A DNA stretch of 64,000 nucleotides from an uncultured Bacteroidales bacterium (GTDB taxonomy: Bacteria > Bacteroidota > Bacteroidia > Bacteroidales > Bacteroidaceae), in assembly GCA_937898885.1 (NCBI GenBank), contig CALDKD010000071.1, forward strand, positions 1,250 to 65,249, read 5' to 3'. Positions 40,978 through 51,148 of the stretch are shown here, piece after piece. The position numbers and the translations under genes are program-made. Each line of letters opens with the position of its first letter. The stretch's first letter is position 1. The notes below the pieces were generated by a model. It made no database searches and had not been told where the DNA came from. It saw only the letters and a list, made by a program, of their open reading frames with translations.

Positions 40978-41523
40978 ATGAGAAAACTGAATATGGATGA
41001 GCTGGAACGTATGAGTTGTTCCGAGTTCAGGAAAAGTAATAAATTGCCTGTAATTGTAGTTCTTGATAATGTAAGGAGTCTGTATAATATAGGTTCAGTG
41101 TTCAGGACATCGGATGCTTTCAGAATAGAGAGAATAATATTGTGCGGAATTACTGCTACTCCTGAGAATTCATTGACAGAGATACACAAGACTGCGTTAG
41201 GTGCTGAGGATACTGTTGATTGGATTTATTATCAGAATACTGAGGATGCTTTGAATTCAGTAAAAGAAGAGGGATATATACCAGTTGCCATTGAGCAGGT
41301 TTGTGACAGCGTGAAACTTGGTACTCTTGAGATAACAAAAGGAAAGTATGCCTTGTTTTTCGGTAATGAGGTAAAAGGTGTGAGCCAGAGTGTAGTAGAT
41401 AAATGTGATTTTGCAATAGAGATACCTCAATATGGAACAAAACACTCATTGAATGTATCAGTATCGGCAGGTATAGTTCTTTGGGAATTTGTAAGACAGT
41501 TGAGAGAGTTGCTTGAGTCTTAA
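40978..41523 (+). CDS. TrmH/SpoU family RNA 2'-O-methyltransferase
   Basis: 181 aa with SLYNIGSVFRTSDAF, FGNEVKGVS and IEIPQYGTKHSLNVSVSAGIVLWE, the SpoU motifs 1-3. Confidence 0.8.
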   Translation: MRKLNMDELERMSCSEFRKSNKLPVIVVLDNVRSLYNIGSVFRTSDAFRIERIILCGITATPENSLTEIHKTALGAEDTVDWIYYQNTEDALNSVKEEGYIPVAIEQVCDSVKLGTLEITKGKYALFFGNEVKGVSQSVVDKCDFAIEIPQYGTKHSLNVSVSAGIVLWEFVRQLRELLES

Positions 41524-42134
41524 GGTATTATCTCAAGCATATCGTTGTCAATGAGGTAAATAATCTCCTCTATGTCCGCGTCGGCGCCTGTCGGGTCATA
41601 TTCTTTTTTCAAGGTGGCTCCAAAGAGTGCTGCGAAAGCCTGATAAAATCCTGCCTTGAATTTTCCAATAAAAGCGTTTATTAGCTCGTAGCTGGTTTGA
41701 TTGCACTCTCTGTCTATAAGTTTTATCAGCATTTTGCCTTGTGAGAGTGTCAATTTCTTCATTATAGGAAAATACTGGTCCCAGACACCTTTTTCCACAT
41801 CATCAAGATGTTTTTTTCTGGCCTCATCATCCGGAAGTGTCTGCAGGTAGAGATATGTCTCAACCAATATTCCTTTAATTTCCTTTGAATACGGATATGT
41901 CTTCAGCACGTCCCTGATAAGTTTATCGTATTTTCTCTGTTTTCTTTTATTTGAGAAATATTTTCTTCCATAAATATTCACCTCCATAAGCTGGAAGGAG
42001 GGTATGGTATCACCCTTATATACCTCAGACAGGGCAAAGAAAATATCCTTCTGCCTTTTGTCATCAATATCGGCCCGGATGCTCCCGGTTGACAGCATCA
42101 GACCTGCCATTATAAGAATGATTATTCTTTTCAT
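41520..42134 (-). CDS. secreted DUF4294-like protein
   Basis: 204 aa with a signal peptide. The segment LTLSQGKMLIKLIDRECNQTSYELINAFIGKFKAGFYQAFAALFGATLKKEYDP resembles the conserved DUF4294 core from memory. Confidence 0.5.
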   Translation of the reverse strand: MKRIIILIMAGLMLSTGSIRADIDDKRQKDIFFALSEVYKGDTIPSFQLMEVNIYGRKYFSNKRKQRKYDKLIRDVLKTYPYSKEIKGILVETYLYLQTLPDDEARKKHLDDVEKGVWDQYFPIMKKLTLSQGKMLIKLIDRECNQTSYELINAFIGKFKAGFYQAFAALFGATLKKEYDPTGADADIEEIIYLIDNDMLEIIP

Positions 42135-42212
42135 TGTCGCAAAAGTATCAAACTATTCTGATACATAAATCTTATTTAACAGAGTTTATACAAGTTGATG
42201 TAGTATAATTCC

Positions 42213-42220
42213 TACATTTG
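42213..42220 (+). promoter_or_regulatory. Bacteroidetes-type -7 promoter box for the HhH/beta-barrel gene
   Basis: TACATTTG lies 16 bp upstream of ATG 42237. Confidence 0.4.
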
Positions 42221-42236
42221 TAAAAAATCAAATACT

Positions 42237-44306
42237 ATGAGGAACTTTTTACTTAAATGCGTTGTCGTATGTCTCATTCTTGCTTTTGATGCTCCACTGC
42301 TGGCAGACACACTGCAAAATGACTTAATAGATGATTCAGCCTGGGAACAGGCGGTGAGTCAGATTTTTCAGGATGAGGATATATCTTCTGCCGCCGGCTC
42401 AGCTCTTTATGATTACCTTTACGAATTATATGAGAATCCTATAGATATTAACTCCGCCTCGGCTCAGCAGTTGTCCGCTTTTCCGTTTATCAGCCAGGAT
42501 CAGATAGAGGAGATACAGGCATATATCTACCTGCACGGAAATATGAAGTCTCTTGGAGAGTTGATGCTTATTCCGGGACTTGACTATTATTCCAGAACTC
42601 TCTTGTCATTGTTTGTCTATGCTGGCGACGGTGTAAGACATAGTGGCAGGCCGGTAAGTCTAAGGCAGTTTTCCCGTCAGAGCCATAGTGAGATACTTAC
42701 TCACATTGATATTCCGTTATACCAGCGCTCAGGATTCAGATATCACTCGCCTTCTGAGTTGGAGCGATACCCGAACAGAAGTTATTTAGGTACTTCACTG
42801 CAGCATAATCTACGGTATTCATTTAACTGGAATGAAAAGATTAAGGCCGGATTTTCGGCTGATAAGGATGCAGGTGAGGTCTTTCTGGGTGGTAAGCCTC
42901 CAGTATTTGATTTCTTGTCCGGTTATATTCAGTTATGTGATATCAAATGGCTTGAGAATCTTGTGACAGGCAATATAAAGGCATCATTCGGCAGAGGACT
43001 TATATTGAATTCAGGCTTCGGTATGGGCAAGGGGATTATGCTTAGCAACCTTGACAGACAAGTGTCAGGTATTAGACCACACTCTTCTACCAGTGAGACG
43101 GGATATCTGACCGGTGTCGGAGCCACAATGAAAGCAGGTTGTCTCTCTTTATCGGTATTGTCATCATATACCAGGCTTGATGCGACACTGAAAGATGATA
43201 CTATGATTACCTCATTCAAGGAAGACGGTTACCATCGCACACCGCTTGAATATTCCAGAAAAGGCAATACACACGAGACTCTGGCGGCTTTTCACGCAGG
43301 ATGGAGAAACAATGGTATAGTACTTGGCGCTACCTTTTTGATGAACCGTTATGATAAGTCTATAAGACTGGACGAGACCATCAGCCCGATACCGGTACTT
43401 TCTGGTGTATGGTTCTGGAATGCCTCTCTTGATTATTCCATCAGACGGTCAGCATTCTGTTTTTACGGTGAGACAGCAATCTGTGACAACCTGTCAATGG
43501 CTACAATCAATACACTGAGTTTCAGGATTTCAGACAAATACAACCTGATGTTATTATACAGGAACTATAGTTCAAGATACAACGCTTTTCACGGGAATAG
43601 TATGGCAGAAGGCGAGTTACGTAATGAGAGCGGCCTCTATACGGGAATCAGTGGCAGTATTCATGGACTTAATGCTTCCGTCTATTTGGATTTGTCTCAT
43701 TTTCCGGAAGCACGGTATGGTGTCTCAGAGGCTTCAAAGGGGTTCGATACCCAGGTTCAGCTTGAGTATAGTCCTCGAGACGGATCCGATGATATTGTTT
43801 TCAGATACCGCCTTAAAGACAAACAAGAAGACTGTAAGTCAATGAATGGTATAGCAGATACATATACTGGCAGGATAAGGCTTCAATGGACACATACTTT
43901 TACAAAATCAGTCACACTACAGTCTCAGTTGAGTTTTGTTCACTACTATTCTCCGGACAAAGGATTTGAGAAAGGAGTAGCTCTTGGTGAAGTGCTGTCT
44001 GTGGCAGGCAAAAAAGGAAAACTGTCGGGCTCAATATCACTGAATGGCTTTTATACGGATAGCTATGACACGTCTATATCTGTATATGAGCGTGGCTTGC
44101 TCTATTCTTTCAACTTCATTACATTATACGGAAAGGGTATGCGCGGCTCACTTATGCTCAAGTATAAACTCACGCCAGGAATATATGCGATACTGAAATT
44201 CGGCAGCTCGCTCTATTTTGACCGCGATGTCATCAGCTCATCACAGCAGCAGATAGACTCCAGTCACAAGGAGGACATCTCCTTGCAGCTTAGAGCCAGA
44301 TTCTGA
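42237..44306 (+). CDS. secreted protein with a ComEA-like helix-hairpin-helix domain fused to a predicted outer-membrane beta-barrel
   Basis: 689 aa with a signal peptide. The HhH segment is IDINSASAQQLSAFPFISQDQIEEIQAYIYLHGNMKSLGELMLIPGLD. The rest is about 550 aa of alternating amphipathic beta-strand-like sequence ending ...ISLQLRARF (terminal Phe). Confidence 0.6.
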   Translation: MRNFLLKCVVVCLILAFDAPLLADTLQNDLIDDSAWEQAVSQIFQDEDISSAAGSALYDYLYELYENPIDINSASAQQLSAFPFISQDQIEEIQAYIYLHGNMKSLGELMLIPGLDYYSRTLLSLFVYAGDGVRHSGRPVSLRQFSRQSHSEILTHIDIPLYQRSGFRYHSPSELERYPNRSYLGTSLQHNLRYSFNWNEKIKAGFSADKDAGEVFLGGKPPVFDFLSGYIQLCDIKWLENLVTGNIKASFGRGLILNSGFGMGKGIMLSNLDRQVSGIRPHSSTSETGYLTGVGATMKAGCLSLSVLSSYTRLDATLKDDTMITSFKEDGYHRTPLEYSRKGNTHETLAAFHAGWRNNGIVLGATFLMNRYDKSIRLDETISPIPVLSGVWFWNASLDYSIRRSAFCFYGETAICDNLSMATINTLSFRISDKYNLMLLYRNYSSRYNAFHGNSMAEGELRNESGLYTGISGSIHGLNASVYLDLSHFPEARYGVSEASKGFDTQVQLEYSPRDGSDDIVFRYRLKDKQEDCKSMNGIADTYTGRIRLQWTHTFTKSVTLQSQLSFVHYYSPDKGFEKGVALGEVLSVAGKKGKLSGSISLNGFYTDSYDTSISVYERGLLYSFNFITLYGKGMRGSLMLKYKLTPGIYAILKFGSSLYFDRDVISSSQQQIDSSHKEDISLQLRARF

Positions 44307-44311
44307 CAATA

Positions 44312-45190
44312 TCAGGCTTTCTTATCAAGCGGAAGTACGTGCTTTATCTGGCGGAAACGGTTTTTATAGCCGTGTACAAGCAACCAGATACCAATAGCTA
44401 CGAACGGGATGCTGAGAATCTGTCCCATATCAATTGGCAATCCCTCTTCCCACGGTGACTGTACCTCTTTTGTAAATTCCACAAAGAATCTGAATAGGAA
44501 TATTGCGGTCAGGCAGAAACCCATGTAGAAACCTGTGCCAACCAGGTTTTTGTTCTTTTTGTAGATAAGTGAGATGATGATGAATATCAAAAGATATGCA
44601 ATGGCCTCATAAAGCTGTGACGGGTGACGTGGGAAATCCTCGCCAAGCTGCTCAAACACGAATCCCCAGTCTGTACCAGTGGCTTTGCCAATAATCTCGG
44701 AGTTCATAAGGTTTCCAAGACGAATGCAGCACGCAGTGAGTGGGGTGGCCACACATACCAGGTCAAGAGTTGTCAGAAGGCGCACTTTGTATTTGCGGCA
44801 ATAGAGCAGAATGCCGATGAATATTCCTATGGTGCCTCCGTGGCTGGCCAGTCCCCGGTATCCTGTAAGATGCCATCCGCCTCCCTCCGTAAAACTGATA
44901 GGAAGAAGCATCTCAATAAAGTGTCTGAAGCTGCCGAAGTAGTACTCAGGCTCATAGAAGATACAGTGTCCCAGACGTGAGCCTATGAGAATGCTGAAGA
45001 AACAGTAGATGAACAGCGGCTCAAACCTCTCGTTGTCTATCTTCATATCCTTGTAGTATTTCCTTACAAGGAGATATGCGGCCAAAAGGCCGACTACCCA
45101 CATAAGTGAATAGTATCTGAGAGGAATGCCAAGGAACCTGCAAAGCTCTATGTCAGGGTTCCACAGTATGTATGACAATGTGAATGGCAT
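44312..45190 (-). CDS. lgt: prolipoprotein diacylglyceryl transferase
   Basis: 292 aa polytopic protein with RHPSQLYEA and HGGTIG motifs typical of Lgt. Confidence 0.9.
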   Translation of the reverse strand: MPFTLSYILWNPDIELCRFLGIPLRYYSLMWVVGLLAAYLLVRKYYKDMKIDNERFEPLFIYCFFSILIGSRLGHCIFYEPEYYFGSFRHFIEMLLPISFTEGGGWHLTGYRGLASHGGTIGIFIGILLYCRKYKVRLLTTLDLVCVATPLTACCIRLGNLMNSEIIGKATGTDWGFVFEQLGEDFPRHPSQLYEAIAYLLIFIIISLIYKKNKNLVGTGFYMGFCLTAIFLFRFFVEFTKEVQSPWEEGLPIDMGQILSIPFVAIGIWLLVHGYKNRFRQIKHVLPLDKKA

Positions 45191-45197
45191 ATATAAA

Positions 45198-46298
45198 TTA
45201 TACGTTGAATCTGAAATGCATTATGTCACCGTCCTGCACCACGTAATCCTTTCCCTCCACGAACAGTTTGCCGGCATCTCTTACAGCCGCCTCACTGCCA
45301 AGCTCAATATAATCGTCGTATTTAATCACCTCGGCGCGTATGAATCCCTTCTCAAAATCGGTGTGGATAACACCGGCGCACTGCGGAGCTTTCCATCCCT
45401 TACGGTATGTCCAGGCCTTCACCTCCATAGGACCAGCGGTGATGAATGTCTCAAGATTAAGCAGGCTGAATGCCGATTTCACAAGTCTGGACACTCCCGA
45501 CTCCTCAAGTCCAAGTTCCTCCAGGAACATCTGGCGGTCTTCGTATGATTCCAGCTCGGCAATCTCAGACTCTGTCTTGGCTGCTATGATGAGCAGCTCG
45601 GCATCCTCGTCCTTTATGGCCTCGCGAACCTTTTCTGTGTATTGGTTGCCGCTGATGACACTTCCTTCGTCAACATTGCAGACATAAAGCACGGGTTTTG
45701 ATGTTAGAAGGAACTGCTCGTCGGCTATTTTCTGGTCATCTTTTGAGTCAAAATGTACTGTACGTGCCGATTTTCCCTGAATAAGCGCCTCGCGGAATGC
45801 CGTAAGTACCTGAAAAGTCTGTTTTGCGGCCTTGTCTCCTGCCGCAGCCTGTTTCTGTATCTTCTGCAATCTGGTGTCGATGCTCTCCAGATCCTTAATC
45901 TGAAGCTCAAGGTCTATTATCTCCTTGTCTCGTACGGGATCAACGCTTCCGTCAACGTGTGTGACGTTGTCATCATCAAAGCAGCGCAGAACATGTATTA
46001 TGGCATCGCATTCACGGATATTGCCCAGAAAACGGTTCCCGAGTCCCTCGCCTTTGCTGGCTCCTTTAACAAGACCGGCTATATCAACAATCTCTACTGT
46101 AGCAGGAACTATCCGGCCTGGGTTCACAATCTCCGCCAGTTTATTCAGACGCTCGTCGGGAACTGTTATGGTGCCTACATTTGGCTCGATTGTACAGAAT
46201 GGGAAATTCGCTGCCTGTGCCTTTGCTGAGGAGAGACAATTGAAAAGAGTGGATTTTCCTACGTTTGGAAGTCCTACAATACCGCATTGAAGTGCCAT
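45198..46298 (-). CDS. ychF: redox-regulated ribosome-binding ATPase YchF
   Basis: Starts MALQCGIVGLPNVGKSTLFN, with a TGS-like C-terminus ending ...VQDGDIMHFRFNV. Confidence 0.95.
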   Translation of the reverse strand: MALQCGIVGLPNVGKSTLFNCLSSAKAQAANFPFCTIEPNVGTITVPDERLNKLAEIVNPGRIVPATVEIVDIAGLVKGASKGEGLGNRFLGNIRECDAIIHVLRCFDDDNVTHVDGSVDPVRDKEIIDLELQIKDLESIDTRLQKIQKQAAAGDKAAKQTFQVLTAFREALIQGKSARTVHFDSKDDQKIADEQFLLTSKPVLYVCNVDEGSVISGNQYTEKVREAIKDEDAELLIIAAKTESEIAELESYEDRQMFLEELGLEESGVSRLVKSAFSLLNLETFITAGPMEVKAWTYRKGWKAPQCAGVIHTDFEKGFIRAEVIKYDDYIELGSEAAVRDAGKLFVEGKDYVVQDGDIMHFRFNV

Positions 46299-46323
46299 TT
46301 TCTATCTATTTCTATTTGCGTTT

Positions 46324-46331
46324 CAAAATTA
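46324..46331 (-). promoter_or_regulatory. Bacteroidetes-type -7 promoter box for ychF
   Basis: The plus strand reads CAAAATTA, which is TAATTTTG on the minus strand, 26 bp upstream of ATG 46298. Confidence 0.4.
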
Positions 46332-46368
46332 GTGAATTTTACCGGTTTTTTGAATTCAAAACTGATTC

Positions 46369-49149
46369 TTAGTGTGCCTCCAGCCAGTTATTGCCCCATC
46401 CGCAGTCTGCCAGCAGCCTTACGGACATCGGATATGCGTTCTGCATCTCCTCCATAACGATGGTGCTTACCAGGTTCTCCTCGCCCGGAACCACATTGAA
46501 GTTTAACTCATCGTGAACCTGAAGAATCATTTGCGAGCGCGCCCCGGACTCTTTCAGACGTCTGCTTATTCTTACCATCGCACATTTTATGATATCAGCC
46601 GCACTGCCCTGAATAGGCGCGTTCACAGCATTCCGTTCCGCATATCCTCTTACTGTGGCGTTATGCGATGTTATGTCAGGAAGGTATCTTTTCCTATGCA
46701 TCAGTGTCTCAATATATCCTTTCCGGCGGGCATCCTCAATCTGTCGGTTGATATAGTCGCGTATTCCGGGATATGTCTTGAAATAGTTTTCTATCAGTTC
46801 TTTCGCCTCAGTTCTGCTTACCTTCATCCTTTCGGCCAGACCGAAGGCAGATATGCCGTAAATGATGCCGAAGTTTGCTGTCTTGGCTTTTGCACGCTCT
46901 GATTTCGTAACCTCTTCTACCGGTTTGTGGAAAATCTTGGCGGCTGTGGCGGCGTGAATGTCCTCTCCTTTGGCAAAATCCTCAAGCATATTGGCATCTC
47001 CGCTCAGATGTGCCATAATACGCAACTCTATTTGTGAGTAGTCCGCAGAGAAGAACTTGCATCCCGGATCGGGAATGAAGGCTTTCCTGACCTCTTTTCC
47101 ATCCTCATCCCTGACAGGAATGTTCTGCAGGTTTGGGTTGCTTGAGCTGAGCCTTCCTGTGGCGGTTACTGTCTGGTTGAACGATGTGTGAATCTTTCCT
47201 GTCTGTGTGCTGACAATTGCGGGGAGTGCGTCAACGTAGGTTCCTGTTAGTTTTTTCAGCCCCCTGTATTGAAGTATTTTCTCTACCACAGGGCTCTTGT
47301 CACGTAAACCCTCAAGCACTTCCTCGGATGTTACATATTGTCCGCTCTTTGTCTTCTTTGCCTTGTCGGAGAGTCTCAGCTTGTCGAAAAGCACCTCTCC
47401 CACTTGCTTTGGTGACAGAATATTGAAACTGAATCCAACCTCCTGGAATATCTCCTGCTCTAAGGCCAGCATTCTGTCTGTAAACAAGCGGCTGCTCTCC
47501 TGCAAGGCTTTCGGGTCAATGCGCGCGCCACATCTTTCCATATCGGCCAATACTCCTGTCAGTGGCATCTCTATCTCGTTAAACAGTTGCCAGGTGCCGT
47601 CTTTATTAAGCATATCACTCAAGAGTGGCTCAAGTTTGAGAGACAAGACTGCCTTATGTCCTGAAATCCTGCTGACTTTATCCATATCAGGTGTGAAAAA
47701 CAGCATGCCTTCGGTTTGCGGCTGCTCATCGTTGTCCGGTATGGTCTCTTTCAATATGGTCTCTGATAGGAATTCCAGACTATGCTTCTGTTCCGGTTGG
47801 AGTACATAGTGGGCGACCATTGTATCGAATGAGGTTCCTTTTATGGTAATGCCCAATCCTGCAAGTGCCAGGATAGCCGGTTTGATGTTATGTGAGATTT
47901 TCAAAATGCTCTCATTCTCCATAATATCTCTGACTATGGAGCAGAATGTGGCACATTCGTCTTTGCTGTCCGGTTTTGGCAGATACCAGGCCGTATCAGG
48001 TGATGTTGCGAACCCTATTCCGGTTATTTCAGCAAAAACGGGATTGCCTTGGGTTGTGTCAATCTGGAATGCTATTTTTCCGGCCTTTTCGCAAGCTTTG
48101 GTAAATGATAATGTATCTTGCTTGTTATCAATGATTTTAATGGCCAGCTCAACGGGTCTTACCTCGCTGAGATTCTCATTTTTGAAATTTCCCGTACCAT
48201 CCTGCGTAAATATGTCAAAGATATTGGCCTGAAAACCCTCGGGTGTCTGATCTGCCGGAGTCTTTTGTGTGTCATCATCATACTCGCGCATAATTCTTCC
48301 AAGAAGTCCTTTCATCTCAAGTTCTTCAAGAATTTTGCGAAGCTTACCAAGATCAGGTGTCTGCCTCTTGAGTGATTCCATATCAAGCTCAATAGGAACG
48401 TCGGTTCTTATTGTCGCAAGCATTTTGCTGAATTTTATTTTTCCGGCATTTTCCTCAACCTTCTCCTTCAGCGCACCCTTCAGTTTGTCTGTGTTCTCAA
48501 GAAGGTTCTCAATGCTTCCAAAATCGGCAATCAGTTTTTGTGCAGTCTTTGGTCCTACCCCCGGACATCCAGGAATGTTGTCGGCACTGTCGCCCATCAA
48601 TCCAAGAAGATCGATAATCTGGGATGTATTCTCTATGCCATACTTTTCCAGTACCGCCGCGGTATCCATTACCTCATATCCTTTATCTCCGTATTTTGGA
48701 CGATAAATCCGGGCTTTTTCAGTTACAAGCTGACAATAATCCTTATCCGGAGTAAGCATATAGGTATCGATCTCTTTCTTGTCGGCCTGTTTTGAGAGAG
48801 TACCTATTACATCGTCTGCCTCAAATCCCTCAACCTCGAGTATTGGTATATTGAATGCACGGATAATTTCTTTAATAACAGGTACGGATTCCCTGATTAC
48901 CTCTGGTGTCTCTTGCCGCTGTGCCTTGTATTCATCGTACAGCTTATGGCGGAATGTACCTCCCGCAGGATCAAATGCTATTCCTATGTGTGTTGGATTT
49001 TCCTTCCCTAGAATCTCCATCAGAGTATTGACGAATCCTAAAATTGCCGATGTATTCACACCTTTTGAGTTGATTCGTGGTGTTTTTATCATAGCATAAT
49101 ATGCCCGGAAAATCAGGGCGTATGCGTCTAGCAAGAACAATTTTTCCAT
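46369..49149 (-). CDS. polA: DNA polymerase I
   Basis: 926 aa with a 5'-nuclease N-terminus (LLDAYALIFRAYYA), a 3'-5' exonuclease-like middle region, and polymerase motifs DYSQIELRIMAH, RAKAKTANFGIIYG and QVHDEL. Confidence 0.97.
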   Translation of the reverse strand: MEKLFLLDAYALIFRAYYAMIKTPRINSKGVNTSAILGFVNTLMEILGKENPTHIGIAFDPAGGTFRHKLYDEYKAQRQETPEVIRESVPVIKEIIRAFNIPILEVEGFEADDVIGTLSKQADKKEIDTYMLTPDKDYCQLVTEKARIYRPKYGDKGYEVMDTAAVLEKYGIENTSQIIDLLGLMGDSADNIPGCPGVGPKTAQKLIADFGSIENLLENTDKLKGALKEKVEENAGKIKFSKMLATIRTDVPIELDMESLKRQTPDLGKLRKILEELEMKGLLGRIMREYDDDTQKTPADQTPEGFQANIFDIFTQDGTGNFKNENLSEVRPVELAIKIIDNKQDTLSFTKACEKAGKIAFQIDTTQGNPVFAEITGIGFATSPDTAWYLPKPDSKDECATFCSIVRDIMENESILKISHNIKPAILALAGLGITIKGTSFDTMVAHYVLQPEQKHSLEFLSETILKETIPDNDEQPQTEGMLFFTPDMDKVSRISGHKAVLSLKLEPLLSDMLNKDGTWQLFNEIEMPLTGVLADMERCGARIDPKALQESSRLFTDRMLALEQEIFQEVGFSFNILSPKQVGEVLFDKLRLSDKAKKTKSGQYVTSEEVLEGLRDKSPVVEKILQYRGLKKLTGTYVDALPAIVSTQTGKIHTSFNQTVTATGRLSSSNPNLQNIPVRDEDGKEVRKAFIPDPGCKFFSADYSQIELRIMAHLSGDANMLEDFAKGEDIHAATAAKIFHKPVEEVTKSERAKAKTANFGIIYGISAFGLAERMKVSRTEAKELIENYFKTYPGIRDYINRQIEDARRKGYIETLMHRKRYLPDITSHNATVRGYAERNAVNAPIQGSAADIIKCAMVRISRRLKESGARSQMILQVHDELNFNVVPGEENLVSTIVMEEMQNAYPMSVRLLADCGWGNNWLEAH

Positions 49150-49245
49150 AAATATTCTATTTCGAAAGATATTCCTATCAGTGTGTAAAGATAATAATTT
49201 TCCATTCAGGATAGGTGTTCAGTAGGGTCTATCCCGTTTTTTCAT

Positions 49246-49253
49246 TAATTTTG
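49246..49253 (+). promoter_or_regulatory. Bacteroidetes-type -7 promoter box for the polyprenyl synthase gene
   Basis: TAATTTTG lies 18 bp upstream of ATG 49272 and inside the GTG-initiated ORF-track extension. Confidence 0.4.
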
Positions 49254-49271
49254 CATCCACAAATTATTGAA

Positions 49272-50249
49272 ATGGACGTAGAGTTGTACAAATCGGTCGT
49301 AGAGCCTGTGGAATCTGAGCTGAGCGAGTTTAAGCGTCATTTCCACGGACTGTTTGTTACGAATGACTCATTCGTACGTCCGTTGCTCGATATGCTGAGC
49401 CGCAAAGAGGGAAAAATGCTTCGTCCTTTGCTTGTGCTGCTCACTGGTAAGTATTTCGGATTTCCTACCACAAGACTGTACAATCTGGCCTCTTCTTTGG
49501 AATTGCTTCATACCTCGTCATTGATTCACGATGATATAGTGGACAACAGTATGTTGCGGAGGGGCGAGCCATCTGTCAATGCCGTTTACGACAATAAGAT
49601 AGCTGTGCTGTTGGGTGATTATGTAGTGGCTATGTCCTTGTCGGAGATGTATGCTACCGGGGTTGTCCGCAATTTCGGATTTTTTTCTGAGTTGTCCAGG
49701 ACTCTTTCCTCCGGTGAGATTACGCAATTGTTCATCAGGTCAGCCGAGGATTTGTCTGAAGAGAGTTATGTGGACATCATTACCAGAAAAACCGCTTGTC
49801 TTTTCTCTTGTTGTGCAAGACTGGCTTCCATCACTTGTGGCGCTTCTGACGAGTTGTCTGACCAGTTCGCTTCGTTTGGCAAGTATGCCGGCATCTGTTT
49901 TCAGATAAAGGATGACATTTTTGATTATTTCGATTCACCCGAGACTGGAAAACCATCGGGTAACGACCTGTCTGAGGGAAAGATAACGCTGCCAGCCATT
50001 TATGCCATAAGAAATTCCTCTGATGACTGGTCTCAGATGGTACGTGATATCCGTAGTTGTACGGCTACTCCCGACCAGTTACGCACAGTGGCTGCTTTCA
50101 CCGTTGAGAACGGCGGTATTGAGTATGCTGAGGATTGCATGATGCAATACAAAGAAAAGGCACTCGCGTGCCTTCCGTCTGATATGCCTTCAGGACTCAG
50201 AAAAGCCTTTGAAAGCTATCTGTTGCTGATTGTCAACAGGAATTCCTAA
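49272..50249 (+). CDS. polyprenyl diphosphate synthase (trans-isoprenyl, long-chain type)
   Basis: First DDxxD motif is LIHDDIVD and the second is KDDIFDY. Start is moved from GTG 49215 to ATG 49272. Confidence 0.85.
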   Translation: MDVELYKSVVEPVESELSEFKRHFHGLFVTNDSFVRPLLDMLSRKEGKMLRPLLVLLTGKYFGFPTTRLYNLASSLELLHTSSLIHDDIVDNSMLRRGEPSVNAVYDNKIAVLLGDYVVAMSLSEMYATGVVRNFGFFSELSRTLSSGEITQLFIRSAEDLSEESYVDIITRKTACLFSCCARLASITCGASDELSDQFASFGKYAGICFQIKDDIFDYFDSPETGKPSGNDLSEGKITLPAIYAIRNSSDDWSQMVRDIRSCTATPDQLRTVAAFTVENGGIEYAEDCMMQYKEKALACLPSDMPSGLRKAFESYLLLIVNRNS

Positions 50250-51148
50250 AGTGAGCAACTCTCTCCCGTCACCTTTGAGATGATAGTTGATGCCAGTCTG
50301 CTGGCACCAATCCTGAACAGGGATTTGTCTATCCATTCCTCGCCAAGAACTGTTTTTGCTATCGCATAGTACAATAGCGCATCCTCTATTGTGCTTATAC
50401 CTCCTGCGGCCTTGATACCAATCTTTCTGTCGTTTTCATCGTTGTATTCCTTAATGGCCTGACACATTACGTAGAAGGCCTCAGGAGTAGCTCCTACGGG
50501 TTCTTTTCCTGTAGATGTCTTGATGAAGTCAGCGCCGGCATACATAGCCATAATAGCAGCTTTCTTTACGTTGCGCAAATTACCCAACGCACCCGTTTCC
50601 AGAATTACTTTCAATGTGTTTTCTCCGCAAACTTCCCTGATCTCGCCTATCTCATCGGCGATATATTCGTAATCTCCTGATAGGAACCTACCTACAGGCT
50701 GTACTATGTCAATTTCCTCTGCACCATCGTGTATGGCCATTGCCGTCTCGGCTATCTTTATCTCTGTGGGAGTCTGTGAGGATGGGAACCCGCCACTTAC
50801 GCATGCCACGCTGATACCGTCTATCTCCAGCGCCTTGCTGACTGTCTCTGCAAAGCATGGGTAAACGCATATTGCCGCAAATGATGGAATCTCCGGGTTT
50901 TTATCAAAGAAATCATTTACTTTTTCTGTAAGTGCAAGTATGCTCTCCTCGCTGTCGGTGGTTTTGAGCGACGTATAGTCAAGGCTGCCAATTATTTTAA
51001 GAAGCTCGTTTGTTCCATATTTGTCAATCTGCTTCTTTATGGCGTTAATTGCCTTTTCAACGCCTTTTTCATCAACATTAAGATTGTACTTTGAGAAAGC
51101 CTCGCTGTACCTGTCTGTCTGATTCTCGTAATTTTCGCTGTATTCCAT
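50246..51148 (-). CDS. deoC: deoxyribose-phosphate aldolase (long form)
   Basis: 300 aa with ADFIKTSTGK (Schiff-base Lys context) and IGIKAAGGI. Confidence 0.85.
   Translation of the reverse strand: MEYSENYENQTDRYSEAFSKYNLNVDEKGVEKAINAIKKQIDKYGTNELLKIIGSLDYTSLKTTDSEESILALTEKVNDFFDKNPEIPSFAAICVYPCFAETVSKALEIDGISVACVSGGFPSSQTPTEIKIAETAMAIHDGAEEIDIVQPVGRFLSGDYEYIADEIGEIREVCGENTLKVILETGALGNLRNVKKAAIMAMYAGADFIKTSTGKEPVGATPEAFYVMCQAIKEYNDENDRKIGIKAAGGISTIEDALLYYAIAKTVLGEEWIDKSLFRIGASRLASTIISKVTGESCSL

Noticed and set aside
42140-42147. Possible -7 box (TACTTTTG on the minus strand) for the DUF4294-like gene.
   Set aside because: It lies only 6 nt upstream of the ATG. That would imply an essentially leaderless mRNA starting inside or after the start codon, so it is more likely a chance match.
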